Shown here: positions 28,404 through 37,008 of the stretch, one piece after another
Numbering within the stretch: position 1 is the stretch's first letter
Layout of the letters: every line of letters starts with the position of its first letter
Assembly (NCBI GenBank): GCA_965263355.1
Contig: CBDHHL010000032.1
Coordinates: forward strand, 2,528,001 to 2,592,000
Reading direction: 5' to 3'
DNA length: 64,000 nucleotides
Source: Leptolyngbyaceae cyanobacterium
GTDB taxonomy: Bacteria > Cyanobacteriota > Cyanobacteriia > Phormidesmidales > Phormidesmidaceae
Translations under genes and position numbers: made by a program
The notes under the pieces: model-generated
Seen by the model: the letters and a program-made list of their open reading frames with translations, nothing else
Database searches by the model: none
What the model was told of the DNA's origin: nothing

Positions 28404-29642
28404 CTAATCGGTGATAGCAATTACACCGGTTTGATTGGCCCAAGATGGCACATTCTCATTAGTGGCTGCCCAAGAGCCTGTGCCAGTAGAGAACAATACA
28501 GGCACCGTATTCCAGGGACCGCCCGGACGATGGAAGGCAATGTCTGTGTGGTAATCTGCGTTAAAGTCGCCTGAAATCGCCACCACACCAGGCTGATTCG
28601 CCCAACTGGGGGCACTATTGTTAGCACTAAACCAAGAGCCAGTACCATTAGCGAGTAACACAGGTACCGTATTCCAGGGACCGCCTGGACGATGGAAGGC
28701 AATATCTGTGTAATCATCTGAGTTAAAGTCACCTGAAATCGCTACCACATCAGGTTGATTCGCCCAGCTGGGGACATTTCTGTTGGCACTAGCCCAAGAG
28801 CCATTGCCGTTAGAAAATAATATAGGCACCGTATTCCAGGGGCCGCCTGGACGATGAAAGGCAATATCTGTGCGCTCATCCCCATTGAAATCTCCTGGAA
28901 TGGCAATCACATCCTGCTGATTTGCCCAGCTAGGGGCGCTTTGGTTAGCATCGGTCCAAGAGCCATTACCATTAGATAGCAATACAGGCACCGTATTCCA
29001 GGGACCGCCAGGACGATGAAAGGCAATATCTGTGCGCTCATCCCCATTGAAATCTCCTGGAATGGCAATCACATCCTGCTGATTTGCCCAGCTGGGGGCA
29101 TTCAAGTTAAACGTAGTCCAAGAGCCATTACCATTGGACAGTAACACAGGCACCGTATTCCAGGGGCCGCCTGGACGATGAAAGGCAATATCTGTGCGCT
29201 CATCCCCATTGAAATCTCCTGGAATGGCAATCACGCCAGGCTGATTCGCCCAGCTAGGGGCATTCTGATTAGTGCTAGTCCACGATCCGTTGCCATTAGC
29301 AAACAATACAGGCACCGTATTCCAGGGACCGCCTGGACGATGAAAGGCAATATCCTCACGACCATTTCCATCGAAATCTCCTGAAATCGAAATAACCCCC
29401 GGTTGATTGGCCCAAGATGGCACATTCTCATTCGCACTAGTCCAAGAGCCGTTGCCATTAGCAAATAATACAGGCACCGTATTCCAGGGACCGCCTGGAC
29501 GATGAAAGGCAATATCTGCCAGCTGGTTATTATCATAACTTGTATCAGCAAATGCTGGCGTTGAGTCGGTTGCAGTATAGGCCGGAAGCATAAGCAACAT
29601 CAAGCAAACGCGCCGAAACCGCTGAAGGTAGTTCACCATCAT
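28404..29642 (-). CDS. secreted FG-GAP/VCBS-like repeat protein, 7 x 54 aa (predicted beta-propeller)
   Basis: Signal peptide ending AFA; seven DIAFHRPGGPWNTVP repeats at 162-bp spacing with GDFNGD-type Ca-binding loops. Confidence 0.88.
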   Translation of the reverse strand: MMVNYLQRFRRVCLMLLMLPAYTATDSTPAFADTSYDNNQLADIAFHRPGGPWNTVPVLFANGNGSWTSANENVPSWANQPGVISISGDFDGNGREDIAFHRPGGPWNTVPVLFANGNGSWTSTNQNAPSWANQPGVIAIPGDFNGDERTDIAFHRPGGPWNTVPVLLSNGNGSWTTFNLNAPSWANQQDVIAIPGDFNGDERTDIAFHRPGGPWNTVPVLLSNGNGSWTDANQSAPSWANQQDVIAIPGDFNGDERTDIAFHRPGGPWNTVPILFSNGNGSWASANRNVPSWANQPDVVAISGDFNSDDYTDIAFHRPGGPWNTVPVLLANGTGSWFSANNSAPSWANQPGVVAISGDFNADYHTDIAFHRPGGPWNTVPVLFSTGTGSWAATNENVPSWANQTGVIAITD

Positions 29643-29851
29643 TCAAATCCCCTTTTTTGAAAGTTGTAGACAGATTGAGTAAGATCGCCATAATGCTTAC
29701 TCTTTAGTGCTGAAACCGTTGTTGACAAAAAATACGCTGTTTCTATACTTTTCAGCGAATGGGCATTGTTTCTCTCCTGATCAAGGGTGACGGAGAGCAG
29801 CAACCGGCAAATGTATTGTAAAAATCATCTGCTATTGGGTTGCCCATAGTA

Positions 29852-29880
29852 GTCTCAAAAAATCAGGAGAAAGAATCTGC
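29852..29880 (-). promoter_or_regulatory. conserved bipartite motif GCAGAT-N17-TGAGAC
   Basis: Minus strand reads TTGCAGATTCTTTCTCCTGATTTTTTGAGAC; lies between the upstream terminator and the repeat-protein ATG. Confidence 0.7.
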
Positions 29881-29936
29881 AATCGTTCAACTTATTTACA
29901 TAGGTTTACATTTACTCGAATAAGCGTATAAAAGAG

Positions 29937-29970
29937 CGCACCATCGACCGATACATCGGTCGATGGTGCG
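29937..29970 (-). terminator. intrinsic terminator of the sigma-DUF1822-CHAT-DUF928 operon
   Basis: 16-bp perfect stem CGCACCATCGACCGAT / ATCGGTCGATGGTGCG followed by CTCTTTT on the minus strand. Confidence 0.7.
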
Positions 29971-29995
29971 TTGAGTTATTTTGTTAGTTAAACAC

Positions 29996-30733
29996 TCACT
30001 CTTCTAGGGGAAGAACTGCACCTGAAAAGGTCATCGTGGTTAAGTCGTCCGCCTGAATAGACTGTAACAGTGAGCGCCAGTGCTCTTGTAATTGAGGATC
30101 TTGTGGAGATTCTTGTAAGCGTTTTGCGACCAAAGCCAAGGTGTCGTACCAGATCTCTGGTGAGGGTGATTGAATCTGTGGCGATTGTACTGATGTCGGT
30201 GCCACCCGCTGGACTGCACCATCAAGGGTTAAGTCAGGCTGAGCGTCTGGATTATCTTTACAGTGAATCTGAAAATACCAACGATAGGGTTGATCTTCCT
30301 TAAGGGCATATTCTGGGAGACCAGGTAAGGTGATGCTGACAATGCCAGGGGAGTCAGGTAGAGTGAATCGGGTACTATAGTGGCGTTGTTCTTCTCCTGG
30401 CCAGGGGAGTAAGGAGAATTCTCCATAGTCTATTTGCCCTGCGCCAAACGGGCTAAAAAATAAAAAGGTGGGATGGGCTTCTGTTGTACGTACAGGGTTT
30501 TCAACAGGAATAAGGGCTCTCAATGTTTCACCGACTTCATTACAGGATGAGTCTGTGGGATTTAGGCCACCACCAGGGGTGGTACGATTGGGGGGAAGAG
30601 GTGTCTGCGGAGGTTCCGGGGGGCGTTGGCTGATGATTTCTTGAGCAATTGACTCAGCCAAGCCGATTTTGGGAAGAATAGCCCAACTTCCTAAAAATAA
30701 GCTCGATAAAATAGCAAGTTTCCAAGCAATCAT
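29996..30733 (-). CDS. DUF928 domain protein
   Basis: Signal peptide, PP.RT.PGGG, ALIP, T..HPTFLF..P, Y.WYF.I.C, IWYDTL. Confidence 0.88.
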   Translation of the reverse strand: MIAWKLAILSSLFLGSWAILPKIGLAESIAQEIISQRPPEPPQTPLPPNRTTPGGGLNPTDSSCNEVGETLRALIPVENPVRTTEAHPTFLFFSPFGAGQIDYGEFSLLPWPGEEQRHYSTRFTLPDSPGIVSITLPGLPEYALKEDQPYRWYFQIHCKDNPDAQPDLTLDGAVQRVAPTSVQSPQIQSPSPEIWYDTLALVAKRLQESPQDPQLQEHWRSLLQSIQADDLTTMTFSGAVLPLEE

Positions 30734-30761
30734 GATTAAGTCTGAGAGGCAACAGAACAGA

Positions 30762-33233
30762 TTACGGAGTAGGCATTAGTGTTCTCATGATAGCCACACA
30801 GCTGACTGCTAAAAATACGGAAAAAATTGCAGGAACTACAGGAAGCCAAAGCCCTTGTGTCAGAGCGACAACAGATACTTCTGTAAGCCCCCAAGTTATA
30901 CCTATCATTGCAGATATTAGCCCTAGAAAGACACCTAATTTGGTAATTCGTGTCTGGCAAAGATATAGCCCACTAGCAACGATGCTGCTGATTAAACTCC
31001 ATCCTAAAATCCAGAGAGCAACTGCCCAGGGTAGGATAGGCCCATGGGGTAGTTGATTAATCAGTGGTCGTTGGTCTAACACTGCACTTAGCAACTGACT
31101 AACCATATGAGCATGGACCCAAACTCCGGGCATTTCGCCATAGGGGGTCTGGACGCTGTCCCTGGATACGGGGGCTGAATAGCCAATTAATACGAGGCGA
31201 TCGCGCACCATGTCCGGACTGAGTTGCCCCATTAGCACCGACTGAAGTGAAACAACCTGCCCCGGCTGGGCGGCACGGTAGTTCACCATGATCTGGCTAC
31301 TGAGACCGTCCAAATTTTGATAGGCTCCAAATCGATGGGATAAGGGACGAAAAACAGTTTCGCCAAACTGCCAGTGGTCGTCTTCTGTAATTGTTAGGGG
31401 GGTGACTTTCGCCTGGTCTAGAAAACGGTATGCTAGCTGAAAACTCAAGCTGTAAGGAGTGGCACAGTTGGACTGGTTGGCCACCAGATTGGGTGCATAG
31501 GAAAGCAGTTGGCGACGGACCACTCCCCTGGAAGGAAATAGGGTCGTTTCTGTTGACAACGTACCGGGCATGCCCATAGATGACTGTTGGAATCTCTGAT
31601 CCAATAACAAATTACTAAATCCTACCTGCCCAATTTGTTGGTCGTCTGATAGTTCTGGGGGCGACCCATAGTCTTCGGCTTCATGCCCATAAAAACAAAT
31701 GGTAAACAGACTAGGATGCTGGTGAAACTGATCGATCAGTTGTTCACGCCCGTTGCCTCTGGGTCGAAAGCGATGCATATCCAGGGCGATCGCAACTGGC
31801 TCAAATTGCTGTAATGCCTCCACTGCCTGGACCAGGACGTTATCAGAGAGGGGATAGCCCCCCAACTCATCGAGATCGCTCTGACTAACTTCCACGACCA
31901 AAATGCGGGAATCTATCACCTCGGCGGGGCGCGATCGCAACAAATGATCATAGGCCGCCAGTTCAAACGGTTGTAAAAGTCCTAAATATTGGACACACAG
32001 CGCCAGCGCCGTCATCACCAAACTAATTACAATGGGCTGCCACCAGCGCGAGGGGCACGGCGCAACAGCAGCTTGAGCAATAGCAGCTTGAACAGGCACC
32101 GATGGCGGGTTAGCGGGTTTACCCTGGAGTGTTTGCCAATCAGGGGGAGGAACCAACAGGTTTTGATAAATAACCGGTAGCCAACTGGCACAGGGGTACT
32201 GATGCTCTAACCCCTGGAGTCGCTCCCGTGCTTGCCTGGCCGATAGATACAGCGAGTCTCCCCTGGCAAAGGCCTCTAAAAAATAATTGAGAAAGGCTGC
32301 AGCCACCTGATCAACCACAGGCTCTCGCATTACCAGAATTTGGGGAATTGACAACTGCTGGAGCGCCTGCACCAGCCCCAACCCATCACAGGAATTAAAG
32401 ATCGCTAACTGCAGTCCCTGATCGATGGCCTGACGCAATCCATAGCGCAATTCAGATAGGGTCAAACTATCAGTGGGGTTAAGAAAAATGCGTCCCTGAT
32501 TGCGATAGGTTTCACTATGGCCTGCAAAAAATAAAATATCCCACGGTCTCTCCCAAAGGTGATCATTAAGCTGTTGCCGGTCAGGTTCCACTAAAAATGA
32601 GACCTCCGCCTGGGGCAACTGAGCCAGCAACTGCTGATCGGCCTCAACATTTATACCCTGGCTATGGCCCAAAATCGCTAATATTCTGACCGGGTGAGGA
32701 GATATTGCGCTAGGAACAGCACGTACCGTCTCATATTCAGCAGTCCCCAGGGCAATTTCAGCATAGGGATAGCGCTCAAAAAAGTCCCACTCATGCCAGG
32801 GAAGTTTTTGCACATCACTGTTCTGGGTACGAATCAAAAACCGAATGGTCTCATCCCGGCTAAGTTCTTCTCGCAGACGACGATCAATCGGTTGAAATGA
32901 GGCGGCATTTAACCACGCCTGAAATCGTTTACGCAACAGGTGAGCAGACTGTTGACAATCCACCAGACGTTGATTGATGGAGCCTTTGTAGATAATCTTT
33001 TGTCCCTTAATGCGGGTATTAAGTCCCAATGGACGATAGATATCCTGCCAATGGCGCCGTAATTGGGCCAGCATCACCGCATCCGGTGGCAACTGCCCTT
33101 TAACTTTGAAAGCCCCTAAGTCATTAGCCAGGACTTCCAAGGTTACCTGAAACCCTGCCGTCTGAAACTCTCCCTCTAATTCTAAAATTACCCAACGTCC
33201 ATCCATGGTTTCTTTGGCAGCATGCATGCTCAA
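30762..33233 (-). CDS. membrane CHAT-CHASE2 protein
   Basis: LPWHEW, catalytic FFAGHS and IFNSCDG, WLP, TM helix, CHASE2 (ILVVEV, VVRRQLL, PGVWVHA), 3 C-terminal TM helices. Confidence 0.92.
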   Translation of the reverse strand: MSMHAAKETMDGRWVILELEGEFQTAGFQVTLEVLANDLGAFKVKGQLPPDAVMLAQLRRHWQDIYRPLGLNTRIKGQKIIYKGSINQRLVDCQQSAHLLRKRFQAWLNAASFQPIDRRLREELSRDETIRFLIRTQNSDVQKLPWHEWDFFERYPYAEIALGTAEYETVRAVPSAISPHPVRILAILGHSQGINVEADQQLLAQLPQAEVSFLVEPDRQQLNDHLWERPWDILFFAGHSETYRNQGRIFLNPTDSLTLSELRYGLRQAIDQGLQLAIFNSCDGLGLVQALQQLSIPQILVMREPVVDQVAAAFLNYFLEAFARGDSLYLSARQARERLQGLEHQYPCASWLPVIYQNLLVPPPDWQTLQGKPANPPSVPVQAAIAQAAVAPCPSRWWQPIVISLVMTALALCVQYLGLLQPFELAAYDHLLRSRPAEVIDSRILVVEVSQSDLDELGGYPLSDNVLVQAVEALQQFEPVAIALDMHRFRPRGNGREQLIDQFHQHPSLFTICFYGHEAEDYGSPPELSDDQQIGQVGFSNLLLDQRFQQSSMGMPGTLSTETTLFPSRGVVRRQLLSYAPNLVANQSNCATPYSLSFQLAYRFLDQAKVTPLTITEDDHWQFGETVFRPLSHRFGAYQNLDGLSSQIMVNYRAAQPGQVVSLQSVLMGQLSPDMVRDRLVLIGYSAPVSRDSVQTPYGEMPGVWVHAHMVSQLLSAVLDQRPLINQLPHGPILPWAVALWILGWSLISSIVASGLYLCQTRITKLGVFLGLISAMIGITWGLTEVSVVALTQGLWLPVVPAIFSVFLAVSCVAIMRTLMPTP

Positions 33234-33268
33234 GATTAGAGAATCACACGTATCTTATAGCGGTTATG

Positions 33269-34228
33269 CTAGACATAAAACAGCTCGGTGATAACGGATT
33301 GATTCAGGCTAATCTGCACCGTAAAATTTTCGCCAGATACGGCACTAAATTGAAATTCTAAGCCTTCACTCTGGCGTCCTTCAGCTTGCAAAACGGGTAT
33401 TTGAGTCTCATCCATCACTACCACTTGTAGGCAGGGGGGTAAGTAAGTATCTTGCCCCGCCGGGTATAACTCAACGGTAATATCAAATGTCTGCCGCTCT
33501 TCGATGGGGGTAATCCCCACTAGAAATAATACCTGAGTCTCAGAAACATGACTCAAGGTCAAAAATTTACCTTGCTTAATTCCCGTAGCCTCTGGCGCAA
33601 TTACGTCTCGATTGGTCAATGAGGTTCTAAAACTGAAGGCAGGTGTCTGCCAATCTTCAAGCAGCTGATTTAGGGCGGTCCAACTGTCATCAACAATCTG
33701 ATCTAACCAACCCTGGAGCCTGGTGGGAGACAATGCTGGAGCCACAGTCTCAGGCACAACCTGCTTTAAGTAACTCGGAAACCGATCGATAGACTGTAGC
33801 GCCTGGATCGGTATGGGTGTTGGCTGTAATTGGGGGAGAAAGCCCAACAACGTTGCTTCGGTTAGGGAGTTATTGAGCTGTACAAACAGATAGCCAATGC
33901 GGTCATCCCAGGCTTCTTCGGGAATGTCTAACTGGGTTTGGGCGGGTAAAACAGCACAGCATTCCAACCGTCCTCCATCAGTAACCCACAAATCCGCCGC
34001 GTTACTAAGAACCTGAACAACCGGATTCCAGCTGTCACTTTTCTCTAAACAGGCGTCTATCCCAAGACAGGTTAAGTAAAATTTTACAGCCTGTACACTT
34101 AGCGTGTTGAGATAGATCTGTTTTGCCTTTTGAGCATTGCGATGGTGATTATAAAACTGTTGCGCTAACTGATGAAACCTATGGGTTAGTGGAATTGTAA
34201 ACGTTGTTGATGGGCAGTGGGGAGTCAT
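33269..34228 (-). CDS. DUF1822 family protein
   Basis: A..IYLNTL.V.AV..YL, S.SWNP, ADL, GRLEC, DRIGYL.VQL, A.LLGF; C-terminal Ig-like LP..L...GE.F.V domain. Confidence 0.9.
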   Translation of the reverse strand: MTPHCPSTTFTIPLTHRFHQLAQQFYNHHRNAQKAKQIYLNTLSVQAVKFYLTCLGIDACLEKSDSWNPVVQVLSNAADLWVTDGGRLECCAVLPAQTQLDIPEEAWDDRIGYLFVQLNNSLTEATLLGFLPQLQPTPIPIQALQSIDRFPSYLKQVVPETVAPALSPTRLQGWLDQIVDDSWTALNQLLEDWQTPAFSFRTSLTNRDVIAPEATGIKQGKFLTLSHVSETQVLFLVGITPIEERQTFDITVELYPAGQDTYLPPCLQVVVMDETQIPVLQAEGRQSEGLEFQFSAVSGENFTVQISLNQSVITELFYV

Positions 34229-34312
34229 TGATTTGTATGGGCGTAGAAGTTATCACACAAGCAAGAAGAAGATTAGTTGGCAGTCATCAGGGTCTCCAAG
34301 GGCAGTGGACGG

Positions 34313-34346
34313 TGTGTAGGGGCATTGCATGCAATGCCCCTACACA
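34313..34346. repeat. GTAG-type REP-like perfect palindrome
   Basis: TGTGTAGGGGCATTGCATGCAATGCCCCTACACA (34 bp). Confidence 0.75.
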
Positions 34347-34383
34347 GAGGGCAATGGGCAATTTTTAGTTATATACAAACGCT

Positions 34384-35040
34384 TTACTCTAATTGGGTTG
34401 TTATATAGTCTTTGAATTTAGGTGCAAATTTAGTCAGGCATCGTAGATAAAATGAACTCAAGGTGACGATTTTTACATCGAGTTCAGCCGAAATTTCTTT
34501 CCATGAATAGCCTCCTAAAAAGCGTAGAGCGATATGCTGAAAATTAGCGTTGGGCTTTTTGCGGATATAGGTTTGCTTAAATAGTCCATCGCGATCGTCT
34601 TGAATACATTGAATGACTTCTTCGGATAGGGAGGGGGTGGATTGCGATCGCAACTCAAGCGACTCCTGTTTATCCAGGGCATCCAAGGTAATCCGTTTAA
34701 CCTGGGATAAATCCATGCCTTTCGGAGCCGTCGGCATAAAATCTCGACTCGCCTCAATAAAGAACCGTTTTCTCATCAAGAAATTGGCCCACTGCAGCAC
34801 TTCCCGCCGATGGTCATAGCGTTCGATATCCTCACATATATAAAGAAACAACCGTTGTTGGGCTTCAGCATAAATGTCCTCATAGAGGCCACAAAACTGT
34901 CCCTGATGGGGCCGCACTAATTTTTTAGATCGATAGATTGTATCGACTAAACGAGCCAGCGCCCGCTGCCGCTCCGGCGTTTTAGGAGGATACTGTTGAG
35001 CCTCCATAGCAAGTTGTTTCAGCTGTTGATCTAAGGTCAT
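34384..35040 (-). CDS. ECF-like sigma-70 family factor (cyanobacterial type)
   Basis: Region-2-like DIY.EA.Q..F.YIC..I..YD and W.N..M..RF; region-4 HTH GYSWKEIS.EL......LSSFY.RCL; start taken at MTLDQQL. Confidence 0.8.
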   Translation of the reverse strand: MTLDQQLKQLAMEAQQYPPKTPERQRALARLVDTIYRSKKLVRPHQGQFCGLYEDIYAEAQQRLFLYICEDIERYDHRREVLQWANFLMRKRFFIEASRDFMPTAPKGMDLSQVKRITLDALDKQESLELRSQSTPSLSEEVIQCIQDDRDGLFKQTYIRKKPNANFQHIALRFLGGYSWKEISAELDVKIVTLSSFYLRCLTKFAPKFKDYITTQLE

Positions 35041-35110
35041 GCGTCCTGGAAGCAAGGCAGACTGAGCACAGATTACTAACGCAAACGTTTTGCCCAGCCC
35101 TACTAAAGGC

Positions 35111-35139
35111 ATCTCGCAAAATAAGGTGCCAAAATTTGT
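35111..35139 (-). promoter_or_regulatory. variant motif ACAAAT-N17-CGAGAT upstream of the sigma-like gene
   Basis: Same 17-nt spacing and orientation as the three GCAGAT-N17-TGAGAY sites; about 71 nt upstream of ATG 35040. Confidence 0.45.
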
Positions 35140-35193
35140 GGACTACAGATATTTTTGCAAAACTTTACAAATATAGATACCCAAGCCCTAACT

Positions 35194-35376
35194 TCAAAGT
35201 TCACGTTCCTGGAACTGGTTAAATACCTGGCCCAGTTCTTTTGCTCTACCTGTAAAAATTTTGGTTAGTGTTTGGCTTTCCAAGTCAATGGGACTCTCTG
35301 TAAATGGGATTGCGGTCAGTCCCAGACGGCGGATATTGTTCCGAGACTTTCTAAAAATTTCTCTAGGATTGCTCAT
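35194..35376 (-). pseudogene. N-terminal fragment of a P-loop/AAA-type ATPase
   Basis: PF..SP...IFTGR.KEL pre-Walker-A pattern; stops before any GxxxxGK; start overlaps the TPR gene stop. Confidence 0.5.
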
Positions 35377-36092
35377 GCGAATGCTTTAATATCCTCATTA
35401 TTTAGCGTGCGTTTGGAAATGTTGTACAGGCTATCCACTTCAGCGATTTTCTCCGGTTGCTGTAACTGTTCGTAAAGGTTACGGGCCTGTTGAAAGGTGG
35501 CCATGCTTTCAGGGGGAGCGATTTCTAGAGCTTCGGTGAGGAGGGTGATAACAGTGGAGAAATCTGTTGTTGTTTGGGGGGAGTCTGTTGTTAAGGAAGC
35601 GCGTTTAAGGAGAGCTTCTGCTAATTCACTTTGATTGCTGACCCAGTCATAAGGATAGGATTTACGAGTGAAGACTTCGGCAGCTTTCTGATATATAGCA
35701 ATAGCACGGTTGAGATTGTCTGAAGGATCTCCATGAAGAGATTCATTGTAAGCATTGGCCAGGTTTTGTTGAGTTCTAGCCCAATCTTCAGGAAATGTGA
35801 TGCGGGTGTAAATCTGAAGGGCATTTTGGTGATACTCAATGGCCAACTCCAGGTTATTGGCCCGAACTCCTCGGATGCGATCACCGTAAACAATCCCTAA
35901 CCAGTCTTGAGTGCCTGCCCAATCTTTCGCAAACTCCTCGCGGGTAAAATACTTCAGCGCATTCTTAAACGCCGTCAAAGCCTGCTCCAAGTTCTCTGCC
36001 CGTTCCCCTGTCCGACGCTTATAACACTGACTTCCCAGACCATATTGCTGACTCGCCCAACTCTTGTCCCTGATTTCGTCCATCTTGCCCAT
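35373..36092 (-). CDS. TPR repeat protein, probably an internally deleted remnant
   Basis: WA..Q..LG..Y..R..G.RA.NLE.AI repeats typical of long cyanobacterial TPR-CHAT proteins, but no CHAT domain; TGATG coupling to the Uma2 gene. Confidence 0.65.
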   Translation of the reverse strand: MGKMDEIRDKSWASQQYGLGSQCYKRRTGERAENLEQALTAFKNALKYFTREEFAKDWAGTQDWLGIVYGDRIRGVRANNLELAIEYHQNALQIYTRITFPEDWARTQQNLANAYNESLHGDPSDNLNRAIAIYQKAAEVFTRKSYPYDWVSNQSELAEALLKRASLTTDSPQTTTDFSTVITLLTEALEIAPPESMATFQQARNLYEQLQQPEKIAEVDSLYNISKRTLNNEDIKAFA

Positions 36093-36673
36093 CAATCCTT
36101 CCAAAGCCAGTTAAGTAAAAGAACAAAACTAGGAAGTATCGTTTCTCCCATCAGCCGATCTGGTCGATCAACAACACTCATGTCACCATTACCATAGTAA
36201 ATCTCCACCTGCTGCTCTTGAGGATTAATCAACCAGCCCAGCCGCAACCCATTAGCCACATATTCCCGCATTTTCTCCTGTAAAGGACCGAGACTATCGC
36301 TGGCAGACCGCAATTCGATGACAAAATCTGGACAAAGGGGCAAAAACTTATCTGGAGCTGGGTTTAGGGCATTAATGCGATCGCAACTCACCCAGGCCAC
36401 ATCAGGGGACCGTACCGCCCCATTAGGTAACCGAAACCCCGTAGACGAATCAAACCCCAAGCCCGACCCATCCTGATCCGCCCAGTTCGCCAACTGCTGA
36501 CCAATTTTTAGATTGCGATTACCCGTTTCCCAACCCGTTGGCGGCATAATTAACAAATTCCCCGTAGCCGTAAGTTCTAACCTCAAACCTCGGTTGGCTT
36601 GACACAGCCGATAAAACTGCTCATCATCCAGAGCAAGCGCTGCAGCTTTCATATTGAGGGTAAGGGCAACCAT
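36092..36673 (-). CDS. Uma2 family endonuclease (DUF820)
   Basis: ELTATG.L.IMPPTG, FDSSTGF.LPNGA.RSPD, PDFVIELRS, G.RLGWLINP. Confidence 0.95.
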   Translation of the reverse strand: MVALTLNMKAAALALDDEQFYRLCQANRGLRLELTATGNLLIMPPTGWETGNRNLKIGQQLANWADQDGSGLGFDSSTGFRLPNGAVRSPDVAWVSCDRINALNPAPDKFLPLCPDFVIELRSASDSLGPLQEKMREYVANGLRLGWLINPQEQQVEIYYGNGDMSVVDRPDRLMGETILPSFVLLLNWLWKD

Positions 36674-36768
36674 AGCGATATTTTTTGTAATGTTTCCATA
36701 GTGCCGTTAGCGTCAGCGTAACGAACCAAACATTTTGAAATCAAAGATTAAAAGGAGAACTTTATCTT

Positions 36769-36897
36769 AGATCTTGCACCTGGTGATGAAGCATGGCCCA
36801 CCTTGAACTAAAAGTTCCAAGGCTAATCGAATCAAAACCCTACTTCTGGGTGGAATTCGTTGGTTCATCGTAGGGTGCCAACATGTTGGCACCCTAC
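36769..36897. repeat. dispersed repeat (AGATCTTGCACCTGG-headed) plus GTAG-type REP palindrome
   Basis: 15-bp identity with 46629-46643 and similar downstream layout; perfect palindrome GTAGGGTGCCAACATGTTGGCACCCTAC at 36870-36897. Confidence 0.6.
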
Positions 36898-37008
36898 CAG
36901 GGTATTACCCTGGTGCAGTATTGGGTTCAATGACCCAGCATCCAAACTACTTTACGTCTTTCATCCCCTGCGCTACCTTTCCCATAGATAACTATCTTCC
37001 GCTTTCCC

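Noticed and set aside
28404..29642. Regular 162-bp DNA repeats as a CRISPR array or DGR template
   Set aside because: They are in-frame coding repeats with no unique spacers, and no cas or reverse transcriptase gene is in the window.
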